A DNA stretch of 64,000 bases from Candidatus Nomurabacteria bacterium (GCA_023267375.1 JAHFNJ010000001.1:85878-149877); one strand, 5' to 3'; positions 27,687-37,833 are shown, counted from the stretch's first letter. The notes: a model not told the origin generated them from the sequence alone. A program made the numbers and translations.

Positions 27687-28682
27687 TTATTTACCTTTAA
27701 TTGCAAGCGTCAGCACATGATCCACAAATTCTGGAAATGATGATCCGACAGAGGTGATCATTTTTGGAAAGAGAGATTCTGAGGTCAAGCCTGGCAACGC
27801 ATTTACTTCCAAGAAGTAAATCCCCCGCTTCGGATGGATGATAAAATCTGAGCGAGAATAGTGCCGCAGATCAAGTGCAGCATGTACCGCACGTGCAAGG
27901 TCTTCAAGCTGCTTGCGTTCTTCATGAGTAAATCGTCCGGGAGAAATTTCTTGCGTCTCACCGCTATATTTTCCTTCATAGTCCCAAATGCCTTTTGGTT
28001 TTACAATTTCGATCGGCAAAAAAGCATAGTGGCGGTCGTTACGGAAACGATCAATGATTCCAACCGTCGCTTCCCTACCTTCAATATATTCTTCAATCAA
28101 AATATCATCTGAAAGTTGCGAAAGATTTAAAAATGCGTCATAGAGCTCATGTATCGTTCTTGCCAAAAAAGTCGCGATCGATGAACCACCTGATACTGGT
28201 TTCAATACCCACGGTGGGGACATTTTTTCATAGACTTCCCGAGATTTTCTATTCGCATACTCTTCACGAGAACCATCGAACACCTCGTTGTAGTGCGCCA
28301 CCATAAAATGAGATGGCGTTTTGATACCAAGATGCTGTATCGCCTGCTTCGTATTAATTTTGTGCATGGAGAGCGCGGAAGCCAATGGACCTGAACCCGT
28401 ATACGGAACACCTAGTGATTCTAAAAGTTGTTGTATCTTTCCATCCTCACCATAGAGACCATGCAGACCGTTCCAAATGACATCAACGCTTTCACGCAAT
28501 TTTTCTGCTGTAACCGGACGGCCATTTACATGGAGTGCGCCCTCGGTATCAATAAGAATATCCACCGGCTTATATTTGTCAGATAATTTTTCACGAAGTG
28601 CACTTAAAACAGCACCCCCTGTTTGGATAGAGATAGGATACTCCAAGCTTACACCGCCGCGCATGACACCGACTTTGATCAT
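27687..28682 (-). CDS. ddl: D-alanine--D-alanine ligase
   Basis: ATP-grasp motifs EYIEGREATVGII and LEVNALPGLT. N-terminal MIKVGVMRGGVSLEYPISIQTG is typical Ddl. Confidence 0.85.
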   Translation of the reverse strand: MIKVGVMRGGVSLEYPISIQTGGAVLSALREKLSDKYKPVDILIDTEGALHVNGRPVTAEKLRESVDVIWNGLHGLYGEDGKIQQLLESLGVPYTGSGPLASALSMHKINTKQAIQHLGIKTPSHFMVAHYNEVFDGSREEYANRKSREVYEKMSPPWVLKPVSGGSSIATFLARTIHELYDAFLNLSQLSDDILIEEYIEGREATVGIIDRFRNDRHYAFLPIEIVKPKGIWDYEGKYSGETQEISPGRFTHEERKQLEDLARAVHAALDLRHYSRSDFIIHPKRGIYFLEVNALPGLTSESLFPKMITSVGSSFPEFVDHVLTLAIKGK

Positions 28683-28721
28683 GGAATAAGTATACCGTAT
28701 AAAGTAATAGGTATGAAGTAT

Positions 28722-29930
28722 CTAACTCAAAAAACTCTTACTTCTTTTTTCTTTATGAAAACGAATTGCAAAACGGTGCGCTTCGCTATTGGCAAGAATA
28801 ATGGCTTTTTCTTTCCCACCAAAAACTGTTTTTTCTCCTAAGATTTCTCGTGCTTTGTGACGATCATCTTTTACGACTGAAACAATAGGAATTGAGAGCT
28901 GATACCGATTGAGCACTTGTTGTGCCACATTGATTTGTGCTTGTCCGCCATCCACGACGACGAGTTCCGGAAGTCCCCATTCCATGTGACGAAACCGACG
29001 AGAAAGCACTTCTTCAAGCGCCCCAGTATCATTGGCACCTTTTTGGGTGCGGATAATAAATTTACGATATTCATTTTTGTCTGGTGCTCCATTTACGACC
29101 ACGGTCATCACACCCACCATATTTTTCCCACTCATATGCGCAATATCGTATGCCTCGATTCTAAATTCAGAAGCCTTTGCTTCATAACTTCGTACTTCAT
29201 CCTTGAGCAATGCCACATCATTGATATGTTGTAGCGCAAAAAGCTGATTGCGGACACGAGCAGCTTCTTCAAATTTTTTGTCCTTAGCCAAGGCTTTCAT
29301 TTCTTTTTCGAGCAAACGAACAATCTGCTTTTTCTTACCCTGAAAAAAGAGTTTGATGTGTTTTATGTTTTTTTTATATATCGCACTGGCGTGTACATTT
29401 GAAATATCCGGAGCAAGTCCAAGCTGTCGGTAAAATTCGTAATTATCTTTCTTTGCAGAACTTTTATCGATAAAGGGGAAAATACGACGAATGATTTTCA
29501 TTGCCTCGCGCAATTGTGGACCACTCGTAAACGGACCATACACTTCATCAAAAGTCGCGTCTTTAACTGTCCTACCACGCTCAATCACAATCATTGGTAT
29601 TTTTTCTTTTGTAACGCACACGTAATTGAAACTCTTATCATCCTTCTCTTTAGTGTTGTAATACGGCTGGTGTTTTTTGATAAGCGCTGCTTCAAGGATA
29701 AGTGCTTCAAGCACGGAATCTGTTTCTTGCCATTTCAGTGCACTGGCCTTAAAGACCATGTCTACAATGAGCGGACCACGGGTTTCGATAAGGTCTTTAG
29801 CGAAGTAGCTTTTTGTCCTATCATGGAGGGAGGTCGCCTTGCCGATATAGAGGATTTTCTTACCAGACATGAAAAAATACACGCCAGGTTTCTCTGGAAT
29901 CTTCAGTTTTGCCAAATCTTGACGTTTCAT
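28722..29930 (-). CDS. uvrC: Excinuclease ABC subunit C (short form, no C-terminal HhH region)
   Basis: N-terminal GIY-YIG domain (PGVYFFMSGKKILYIGKATSLHDRTKSY). UVR domain (EEAARVRNQLFALQ). RNase H-like endonuclease region. At 402 aa it is shorter than canonical UvrC. Confidence 0.8.
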   Translation of the reverse strand: MKRQDLAKLKIPEKPGVYFFMSGKKILYIGKATSLHDRTKSYFAKDLIETRGPLIVDMVFKASALKWQETDSVLEALILEAALIKKHQPYYNTKEKDDKSFNYVCVTKEKIPMIVIERGRTVKDATFDEVYGPFTSGPQLREAMKIIRRIFPFIDKSSAKKDNYEFYRQLGLAPDISNVHASAIYKKNIKHIKLFFQGKKKQIVRLLEKEMKALAKDKKFEEAARVRNQLFALQHINDVALLKDEVRSYEAKASEFRIEAYDIAHMSGKNMVGVMTVVVNGAPDKNEYRKFIIRTQKGANDTGALEEVLSRRFRHMEWGLPELVVVDGGQAQINVAQQVLNRYQLSIPIVSVVKDDRHKAREILGEKTVFGGKEKAIILANSEAHRFAIRFHKEKRSKSFLS

Positions 29931-29937
29931 TAATAGT

Positions 29938-30492
29938 ATGCTAACATATGAACCGGTAAAATCAAAATTAAATAACCCCCTAGAAATGAAGAAAAAACAG
30001 TCATCATTAGTCGAGCTCCAAGCGCTCTGGAAAAAGCTTGAGGAAACAGAAGCAGGAAAGAAAATCCTGAAGTTACTACACGAGGCACACCTGATAACAA
30101 TCAGAGGCGTCGGGTGGAAAGTTATTGTGGCCGCTTTATTGTTTTTAGCAATTGAAGCAGTGTCACTTTACTACTCCAGCACAGGCATCGTAAAAACAAC
30201 GATGAGTGCTACACTAACAACCGCTTTATTGTGGGCAGTAAGATTAGGTATTGGAATTCCAGCAGTCATTTTTATCGGCCGTTGGACCGACACCGTAGCA
30301 GATCATTTCGAGCGTATAAATATGCTCTCTCGTGCATTTTTTGATAAATACAAAGAGTGTATGGCTTTAATCTACCAGAACGAAGCCGAACGCGAAATCA
30401 TCCTGCAAATCACCACGTACAATGATGCCGGTGAAGTGGTCAAAGAAGAAACTTTGACCCAACACGAATTGGAACCTGTAATGGTATCTTAA
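29938..30492 (+). CDS. Hypothetical membrane protein (184 aa)
   Basis: ATG start. Two or three hydrophobic helices (VIVAALLFLAIEAVSLYY, LLWAVRLGIGIPAVIFIG). Flanked by ~33-bp imperfect direct repeats (see findings). Confidence 0.55.
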   Translation: MLTYEPVKSKLNNPLEMKKKQSSLVELQALWKKLEETEAGKKILKLLHEAHLITIRGVGWKVIVAALLFLAIEAVSLYYSSTGIVKTTMSATLTTALLWAVRLGIGIPAVIFIGRWTDTVADHFERINMLSRAFFDKYKECMALIYQNEAEREIILQITTYNDAGEVVKEETLTQHELEPVMVS

Positions 30493-30661
30493 TTCTCCTT
30501 CTCATTTCTAAACCATTTAAAGAACAGTCGCCGAACTAAAAGTAAGCGGCTGTTTTATTTTCGTAATTTTCTTGCAAACTTTTTCAGTTTTGCTAAATCT
30601 TGACGTTTCATAAAATTTATTATAGTATTCCTGTCAAATAAATCAAACAAAAAAATAGCGT

Positions 30662-30994
30662 ATGAAAAAGTTATCTATTATTCTACTTACAGGAATCCTC
30701 TACTTCACAGGATGTACTGACGACAGTCAAACAAAATTTCGCATCTGTTCTGAATGCAACATGAAAAGTTCCCCCGCAGGACTTTATCCTGTTGACACAA
30801 ATAAAGTGAAAGACGGCAAACCTGACATCTATGTTAAATGCAGTAACTTTCTTCAACATCCAGGCGAATTCAAATGTGGAGAGGAGGTTAAATTAATTTT
30901 CGACAGTACCACAGGAAAATCAGTTATCAATACTGGCTTTATAGGTGAAGTTTGCCCCATCTATAAAAGTGACTTCTGCACAAACTGTGATTAA
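30662..30994 (+). CDS. Small Cys-rich lipoprotein (110 aa)
   Basis: Lipobox LLTGILYFTGC with signal peptide MKKLSIILLTG. Eight cysteines in the mature part. Followed by a strong terminator. Confidence 0.6.
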   Translation: MKKLSIILLTGILYFTGCTDDSQTKFRICSECNMKSSPAGLYPVDTNKVKDGKPDIYVKCSNFLQHPGEFKCGEEVKLIFDSTTGKSVINTGFIGEVCPIYKSDFCTNCD

Positions 30995-31009
30995 TTAAAT
31001 CAAAAAAAT

Positions 31010-31049
31010 AAAAAGAGGTTTGGTGGAAACATCAAACCTCTTTTATTTT
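31010..31049. terminator. Rho-independent terminator
   Basis: AAAAAGAGGTTTGGTGGAAACATCAAACCTCTTTTATTTT: 10-bp stem plus T-run. Confidence 0.7.
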
Positions 31050-31168
31050 CTCAAAACTTTCTTCAGGTACTTTCCTGTATGACTTTTTGGATTATTCGCC
31101 ATCCCAGTAGTAGATCCTCGTACCGAATGCGTACTCGGCTCACTACGGGACAGGAAGTGGTAACTTTA

Positions 31169-33769
31169 TTATTTTTTCAACACTCGCTTTAAGTATTTAC
31201 CGGTATGCGAAGTCCTATGGTTCGCGACTTCTTCCGGAGTTCCTTTTGCGATAAGCTCTCCCCCGCCGACACCACCTTCGGGGCCGAAGTCGATAAGATA
31301 GTCGGCATTTTTAATGATATCTAAGTTGTGTTCGATAAGCACCACCGAGTTCCCCTTCTGCACAAGCTGATTCAACACATGAAGTAAATTTGCCACATCA
31401 TCGTAGTGAAGCCCCACAGTCGGCTCATCCAAAAGATAAATCGTTTTTTCTAAATGGGGACGGTAAAGTTCTGAAGAAATTTTTACACGTTGCGCTTCCC
31501 CACCAGAGAGTGTTGTCGCACTCTGTCCAAGCTCGACATAACCCAACCCTACGTTTACGAGTGTTTGCAAGCGGTCATTGATTGCTGGAATATCCTCAAA
31601 GAACTTCACGGCATCTTCGACGGTCATCCGAAGTACTTCATAAATATTTTTTTTCTTATACTTCACCCCAAGCGTTTCTTTATCGAAACGTTTTCCACCA
31701 CAGACATCGCACGTCACATACACCGTCGGCAAGAAATGCATTTCTACCGCGATTTCACCATTACCTTCACAGGCTTCGCAACGCCCGCCTTTGACATTGA
31801 ACGAAAAACGATTTGATTTCCAGCCACGTAGACGCGCTTCTTCAGTTGTTGCGAACAAATCGCGAATGTGGGTAAAGGTGCCAGTATAGGTAGCAATGTT
31901 TGAACGTGGAGTACGTCCGATCGGAGATTGGTCAATCAGAATGGCGCGAGATAAATATTCAGTACCCGTAAATGATGCACAATTGTGAATCTTGGCACTA
32001 CGAAATGCCCGCTCGTAGCGAGCTTGTAGATTTTTGTGAAGAATTTCATACATGAACGAACTCTTGCCAGAGCCAGATACGCCGGTGATGCACACCAGTT
32101 TTCCAAGCGGTACTTCAATGTTCAAATTTTTGATATTAAATACTTTTCCGCCAGTAATCTTGAGTGCTCCTTTATCATTATCACGACGCTTATCCGGAAT
32201 TTCGATTTTCGCCTCGCCGCGCAAATACGCGAGTGTGCGAGATTTTGAAGGATTAGTTTTGGCATCGAGCAGTTTTGGCAACCAGTCTGACACAATTACA
32301 TTGCCTCCATGGACACCAGCTTTCGGTCCGATGTCGACGATAAAGTCTGATGCAAAGATAGTGTCTTCATCGTGCTCTACCACCATGATGGTGTTACCAA
32401 GATCACGAAGATTTTCAAGCGTGCGGATCAAGCGTTCATTATCGCGCTGATGAAGTCCGATGGTTGGCTCATCGAGCACATAGAGCGCACCCACAAGACG
32501 TGAGCCCAACTGTGAGGCAAGACGAATACGTTGGGCTTCCCCGCCAGAGAGCGTGTTCGCTTTACGATTAAGTGATAGATAGTTGAGGCCAACGTTTAGC
32601 ATAAACTCGAGTCGCGCTTCAATTTCTTTGATGACTACTTTCGAAATTTCCCGTTCTTGCGCAGTCAGCTTGATATCGACAAAAAAATCAACTGCTTCTT
32701 CAATAGAAAAGTTCGTAACGTCTAAAATATTTGTTTTTTTGCCACCAAGAAATACATTGAGTGCTTCTGGTCGCAAACGTGCGCCATGACAGGTATCACA
32801 CACTTCTGTGCCGCCAAAATATTTTGTTCCTAAACCATTACAATCAGGGCACGCACCATACGGCGAATTGAAAGAAAAAAGACGTGGCTCGATTTCAGGA
32901 AAAGAGAAGCCATCTTTTGGACAAGCAAACTTACTAGAGAGTAGTGATTCTTCATCGGCAATTTTTACCGTCACCAATCCTTCAGCTTCAGCGAGTGCAC
33001 GTTCCACCGCTTCAGACAAACGCATTTTGGCGTCAGCTGGAGCATCCTTAAATTCATGGAGGGCAAACTGATCCACCAGTACGTCGATGTCATGCTTCTT
33101 GTTTTTTGAAAGGTCGATGCGGTCGCGGAGATTCATAACCTTACCATCAAGTCGGACTTTGTTATATCCCTTGCCTAACAGATCATAGAGCAATTGGTAG
33201 TATTCCCCTTTTCTACCACGGACTACCGGCGCAAAAATCTGGATCGGTGTTTCATCCCACTCGACACCCATGACTTTCTTTTTACTTTTTTGAGCTTTTG
33301 TATAGTGATCAATCTTTTCAGAAATGAAATTGAGAATCTGCTCGTTGGAAAGTTTTTTGATTTCATCGCCGCAGATAAGACAGTGTGGATGACCGATACG
33401 TGCATAGAGCACACGAAGATAGTCGTAGATTTCTGTGATAGTTGCGACGGTCGAACGCGGATTATTGGAGCGGGATTTTTGGTCGATAGAAATAGCTGGT
33501 GAAAGACCGGAGATCTCATCGACATCCGGCTTTGGCATCTGATTCAAAAATTGCCGTGCATAGGCCGAAAGTGATTCCACATACCGACGCTGACCCTCAG
33601 CAAAAATGGTATCAAAAGCAAGCGAGCTCTTGCCCGAGCCCGACATCCCCGTAATCGCGATCATCTTATTGCGCGGCATCTCCAAGCTGATATTCTTCAG
33701 ATTGTGTGTACGCGCACCACGGACAATGATTTTTCCTCCCTCAAATGAATTTTCTCCTTGTTTTGACAT
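31169..33769 (-). CDS. uvrA: Excinuclease ABC subunit A
   Basis: N-terminus RTHNLKNISLEMPRNKMIAITGMSGSGKSSLAFDTIFAEGQRRYVESLSAYARQFL. Two ABC ATPase modules (GMSGSGKSS and GVSGSGKSS) and zinc-finger cysteines. Confidence 0.9.
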   Translation of the reverse strand: MSKQGENSFEGGKIIVRGARTHNLKNISLEMPRNKMIAITGMSGSGKSSLAFDTIFAEGQRRYVESLSAYARQFLNQMPKPDVDEISGLSPAISIDQKSRSNNPRSTVATITEIYDYLRVLYARIGHPHCLICGDEIKKLSNEQILNFISEKIDHYTKAQKSKKKVMGVEWDETPIQIFAPVVRGRKGEYYQLLYDLLGKGYNKVRLDGKVMNLRDRIDLSKNKKHDIDVLVDQFALHEFKDAPADAKMRLSEAVERALAEAEGLVTVKIADEESLLSSKFACPKDGFSFPEIEPRLFSFNSPYGACPDCNGLGTKYFGGTEVCDTCHGARLRPEALNVFLGGKKTNILDVTNFSIEEAVDFFVDIKLTAQEREISKVVIKEIEARLEFMLNVGLNYLSLNRKANTLSGGEAQRIRLASQLGSRLVGALYVLDEPTIGLHQRDNERLIRTLENLRDLGNTIMVVEHDEDTIFASDFIVDIGPKAGVHGGNVIVSDWLPKLLDAKTNPSKSRTLAYLRGEAKIEIPDKRRDNDKGALKITGGKVFNIKNLNIEVPLGKLVCITGVSGSGKSSFMYEILHKNLQARYERAFRSAKIHNCASFTGTEYLSRAILIDQSPIGRTPRSNIATYTGTFTHIRDLFATTEEARLRGWKSNRFSFNVKGGRCEACEGNGEIAVEMHFLPTVYVTCDVCGGKRFDKETLGVKYKKKNIYEVLRMTVEDAVKFFEDIPAINDRLQTLVNVGLGYVELGQSATTLSGGEAQRVKISSELYRPHLEKTIYLLDEPTVGLHYDDVANLLHVLNQLVQKGNSVVLIEHNLDIIKNADYLIDFGPEGGVGGGELIAKGTPEEVANHRTSHTGKYLKRVLKK

Positions 33770-33918
33770 ATATTTTTAGACAAAGACGACACCCGCATAG
33801 AGTCTATGGGGGTGCATATCTATTCTATTGGCTCCATTATAGCATAATGGCCAATCATTGACAAAATAATTCAAGATGTTACTTTTAAATAAATAACTCC
33901 AAAAAAAAAATAATCCCG

Positions 33919-34341
33919 ATGAAAACACTTAAAATTCTTGCATGCATTGCGATATGCATCCTTACAGGCTGGATTGGAATTAAAATTCTCACATTCACCC
34001 CACTTACTCCGATGAATAACACCATCCTTGATGTTTCACTTTTGGTTCTGGGATTGCTACTTCTATTCACCCACGACCACGACCACGTAGAGACATTTTC
34101 GATGATCATGTTCATCCTAGGAGTCACCTCTGCCTTCAGTGGATTCTACTTTTTAGCGATATGGTCACCTGACGATAAGGTACATACCGCTATAACATTA
34201 ATCGTTTTTATTGCATCAGCAATAAAAATAATTCAGTTATTAAAGAGTATTGGCACAGATGAAGAGCAACCGTTTAAGGGCTTTCATCATAATTTCCCTC
34301 CAAATTATGAGAATGAAATAAAGAAACCTGATATACCATAA
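33919..34341 (+). CDS. Hypothetical integral membrane protein (140 aa)
   Basis: Four hydrophobic helices and an HDHDH motif in a loop. Confidence 0.5.
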   Translation: MKTLKILACIAICILTGWIGIKILTFTPLTPMNNTILDVSLLVLGLLLLFTHDHDHVETFSMIMFILGVTSAFSGFYFLAIWSPDDKVHTAITLIVFIASAIKIIQLLKSIGTDEEQPFKGFHHNFPPNYENEIKKPDIP

Positions 34342-34697
34342 TCAAAAGGAGGACAACCACGAAGAAGCGGTTCAAGACATCATCTTGGATCGCTTTTTTT
34401 ATTTTCTATAGTGTCGTAAATCAATACACTTCACTTTTTGGCGACACTTGACAAAATAATTATAATAGTTTATTATGGAGGCTCACCAATTGTTCATTGA
34501 TTATGATAACAACTATGTTCGCAGTGAAAGCTGCATCTGCATTGTTAATAATGTTTATTTTTGGCACAGGTCTTGGTTTTTTCAAGAAATCAGCACCTGA
34601 GGTAAAAGTAAGGATTTAAGAATAATGCTACTGGCGCAAAGTGCGCCCAATAAGGGGAGAATGGCGGAACATGCTTGCATGGATCCGCCTTCTTTTT

Positions 34698-36785
34698 TTA
34701 TTTCTCCATCTTCTGTTTCAACACCATTATTTCATCACGTAAGATCGCGGCTGTTTCGAAATCCAATTCCTTCACTGCACGATTCATTTCTTTTTCTTTC
34801 AGTTTGATTATCTTTTCATACACCACATTCTTACGCTCTTCATCGGAGAGACGCGAGAGTTTTTTCTCTTCTTTTTTATTGAGTGCCTTGCTTGCTCGTT
34901 CAAAAATCTGCACATCAAGCGCGAGTTCACTGTTGACCGCTTTCGCGTGTTCACTCTCAAGTTGTTGAGTAATATCTTTAATCTGTTTCTTGATCGTCTT
35001 GGGAGTAATGCCATTTTTCTTATTAAAGGCGATCTGGATTTCACGACGTCGGTTTGTCTCCCCTACTGCACGCTCCATTGAACCCGTCATCTGGTCAGCG
35101 TAGAGAATCACGCGACCAAGCACATTTCGCGCTGCACGACCAATCGTCTGGATAAGCGATGTTTCGCTTCGCAAAAATCCTTCTTTATCGGCATCAAGCA
35201 CTCCAATAAGCTCAAGCTCTGGCAAGTCGAGCCCTTCACGCAACAGGTTCACACCGACTAAGCAATCGAATTCACCCTTGCGGAATGAAGTCAAAATCTT
35301 AATGCGATCAATTGTTTTAATATCACTGTGTAGATATTCAGACTTTATTTTTCGCTCCTTCAGATATGCAGCCAAATCTTCCGCCATTTTTTTAGTGAGT
35401 GTTGTAGCAATAACACGTCCGCCACCTTTAATTGTTTTTTCTGCTTCCGAAATAAAATCTTGCACCTGCCCCGGATACTCTCCTTTTGGAATAATAGGCT
35501 TTAGATCAATGACTGGATCAATAAGCCCTGTGGGGCGAATAATCTGTTCCACGACCTGTTCGCTTTTTTCACGTTCAAAATCTCCCGGTGTCGCCGAAGT
35601 ATAAATCACTTGCCCGATACGCTCTTCAAACTCTGGAAACTTCAACGGACGATTGTCTTGTGCTGAAGGCAAACGAAAACCGAACTCAACGAGTGTTTTC
35701 TTGCGTGATGCATCGCCCGCATACATACCACCCAATTGTGGCACGGTCACATGTGATTCATCGATGACAGTTAGAAAATCTGCTTTGCCGTTTGCCTTAT
35801 GTGGAAAATATGAGAGCAGTGTCTCTGGCGGATCCCCCGCTTTTTTACCAGAGAGATGCCGGGAGTAGTTTTCGATGCCAGAACAATAACCAATCTCTTT
35901 AATCATGGCGAGGTCGTACGTCGTGCGGCGTTTGATTCGTTCTGCTTCAAGCAACTTCCCCTCTTTCTCAAAATGCTTAAGTTGTGCCGCAAGCTCAGCC
36001 TTGATCGCCTTCATCGCCTTTTCCTTTTTGCTCTTGTTCGTTAAAAAGTGCTTGGCTGGGAAAATAAAAATGCTTTCGGGTTCTTCAAGGATTTGCGAAG
36101 AAACCGGATCAATTTTCAAAATCTTAGAAATTTGCCCGCCCAACATTTCGATGCTCAACATAAATGTTTCAGAAACTGGAACAATTTCTACTTTTGAGCC
36201 AATGGCACGAAATTGCCCAGACTCAAGGTCGGCATTCGTGCGCGTGAAATGAATAGAGATAAGATTTGAGAGCAAGTCATTGCGCGCCATTTTCATACCA
36301 ACAGAAAGCTCAAGATTTTCTTCACGGTATTCTTCTGGAGAACCCAAGCCGTAGATACACGAAACCGATGCGACGATAATCACGTCTTTACGCGTCAAAA
36401 GCGCCTGTGTCGAGGCGTGACGCAAGCGATCGATTTCCTTATTGATCTGCGCATCTTTTTCAATATACGTATCAGTTACCGGCATGTACGCTTCCGGCTG
36501 GTAGTAATCATAGTAGGAAACAAAATAGTGCACGGCATGATCGGGAAAAAATTCACGGTATTCTTGTGCAAGCTGAGCTGCGAGTGTCTTGTTGTGTGCA
36601 ATAATGAGCGTCGGCTTATTGTACTGTGCAATAACATTTGCAATAGTAAATGTTTTTCCTGAGCCGGTCACGCCTAAAAGGGTCTGTTTTTGCATCCCCT
36701 TACCAAGACCTGTCATAAGTTGCTCTATTGCCTTAGGCTGATCACCTGCTGGAGCCCAGTCGCTTTGTAGTTTAAATACACCCAT
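34698..36785 (-). CDS. uvrB: Excinuclease ABC subunit B
   Basis: GVTGSGKTFTIANVI Walker A, YYDYYQPEAY beta-hairpin region, helicase motifs, and a C-terminal UVR domain (ETAAILRDEI). Confidence 0.9.
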   Translation of the reverse strand: MGVFKLQSDWAPAGDQPKAIEQLMTGLGKGMQKQTLLGVTGSGKTFTIANVIAQYNKPTLIIAHNKTLAAQLAQEYREFFPDHAVHYFVSYYDYYQPEAYMPVTDTYIEKDAQINKEIDRLRHASTQALLTRKDVIIVASVSCIYGLGSPEEYREENLELSVGMKMARNDLLSNLISIHFTRTNADLESGQFRAIGSKVEIVPVSETFMLSIEMLGGQISKILKIDPVSSQILEEPESIFIFPAKHFLTNKSKKEKAMKAIKAELAAQLKHFEKEGKLLEAERIKRRTTYDLAMIKEIGYCSGIENYSRHLSGKKAGDPPETLLSYFPHKANGKADFLTVIDESHVTVPQLGGMYAGDASRKKTLVEFGFRLPSAQDNRPLKFPEFEERIGQVIYTSATPGDFEREKSEQVVEQIIRPTGLIDPVIDLKPIIPKGEYPGQVQDFISEAEKTIKGGGRVIATTLTKKMAEDLAAYLKERKIKSEYLHSDIKTIDRIKILTSFRKGEFDCLVGVNLLREGLDLPELELIGVLDADKEGFLRSETSLIQTIGRAARNVLGRVILYADQMTGSMERAVGETNRRREIQIAFNKKNGITPKTIKKQIKDITQQLESEHAKAVNSELALDVQIFERASKALNKKEEKKLSRLSDEERKNVVYEKIIKLKEKEMNRAVKELDFETAAILRDEIMVLKQKMEK

Positions 36786-36842
36786 AAAGGAGAGTGTACC
36801 CTAAAGATGCAAATAAAAAAAGTATTTACGTTTAGGGACAGG

Positions 36843-36964
36843 ACTTACATAGATGGATGCAGTTCGAGGCGGCAAGTGAAATGAGCGAGGCGCCGTACTA
36901 CTTTGTACGGTAACGAGAACATTTTGCTTGCCAACGAAGAAATGCGCCGTCTATGTAAGTCCTG
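36843..36964. repeat. 122-nt element bounded by 15-bp perfect terminal inverted repeats (MITE-like or structured RNA) in the uvrB upstream region
   Basis: CAGGACTTACATAGA at 36843-36857 and TCTATGTAAGTCCTG at 36950-36964. The interior is GC-richer and has internal hairpins (CCGTACTACTTTGTACGG). It lies 58 nt upstream of the uvrB start. Confidence 0.5.
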
Positions 36965-37019
36965 AAAAATGTAAAAGCTCCGCAGTGTAAGTGGGGAGCT
37001 TTTAAGGCAGTTTGGAAAA

Positions 37020-37427
37020 CTAAGTTTCAAATGATACTTTCTGGTTGATTTTCTCACTCTTGTCTACATACCACATTTCCTCTAACATCAGGAATACTCG
37101 CATACTTTGTCCAGAGGTATCAACACTCGCTGGCACACTTGTAAGGACGACATCGCGCATACTAAACGCGCGATGATCAGGACCTTTTGATATCGCAATC
37201 CTGTATCGCTTCGTCTTCAACAATACCTGATAGATTTCATCTGGTATGGTCACCTGTACTTTAGGAAAGCTTCCGCTATTCGCTAAGAACGGAATGGGAG
37301 GATACGGACGCCCGTTATCATCGTCCTCATCCTTGTATATAGTGAGAATCGCTTCTTTGCAACCGGTAATAAAATTCTTACATTTTTCCCCTGCCTCTTT
37401 CGGATTTAACTTATGTAATAAGTCCAT
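37020..37427 (-). CDS. Hypothetical protein (135 aa)
   Basis: ATG start. Followed by the terminator hairpin AAAAGCTCC..GGGAGCTTTT at 36973-37006. No recognisable domain. Confidence 0.5.
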   Translation of the reverse strand: MDLLHKLNPKEAGEKCKNFITGCKEAILTIYKDEDDDNGRPYPPIPFLANSGSFPKVQVTIPDEIYQVLLKTKRYRIAISKGPDHRAFSMRDVVLTSVPASVDTSGQSMRVFLMLEEMWYVDKSEKINQKVSFET

Positions 37428-37494
37428 TTTCTTTTTTTTGAGAACTAGATCTCAATTCATGATAACCATAGAACAGAAAACAAGTCAATGAGAC

Positions 37495-37833
37495 CTAGGA
37501 GTACATTTCATCGCGGATTTTTTCAAGTTTTGCAATCAATTCTTTATCGGTAATTTTCTGAAATCGTGGGAAAGTTTTGCCATCTTTTGTCACTGCTTCT
37601 ATAAACATACCGAGTGGGCGAATATCGAACATTTTGCCATTCTTATACACGAATGCTTCATATAATGGACGATACACGACCATGTATTGGTCGACGGAAC
37701 GACAATCATCTTCTGTGTGATGCCCAACCCCAACGACCTCATAAGCGTAATTGTTAATCAACCCGCTTGAATCGTGTTTATAGTGATAGTAAAATCCTTT
37801 TTCTGGTTGTTGCATATCGTATTTATACTCCAT
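37495..37833 (-). CDS. DUF1653-like protein
   Basis: 112 aa. YYHYKHDSS...YEVVGVGHHTEDD...VVYRPLYE resembles the DUF1653 signature. Confidence 0.5.
   Translation of the reverse strand: MEYKYDMQQPEKGFYYHYKHDSSGLINNYAYEVVGVGHHTEDDCRSVDQYMVVYRPLYEAFVYKNGKMFDIRPLGMFIEAVTKDGKTFPRFQKITDKELIAKLEKIRDEMYS

Noticed and set aside
36845-37057. 70-aa minus-strand ORF upstream of uvrB
   Set aside because: It is composed largely of the 122-nt inverted-repeat element and the terminator hairpin. It is more parsimoniously non-coding.
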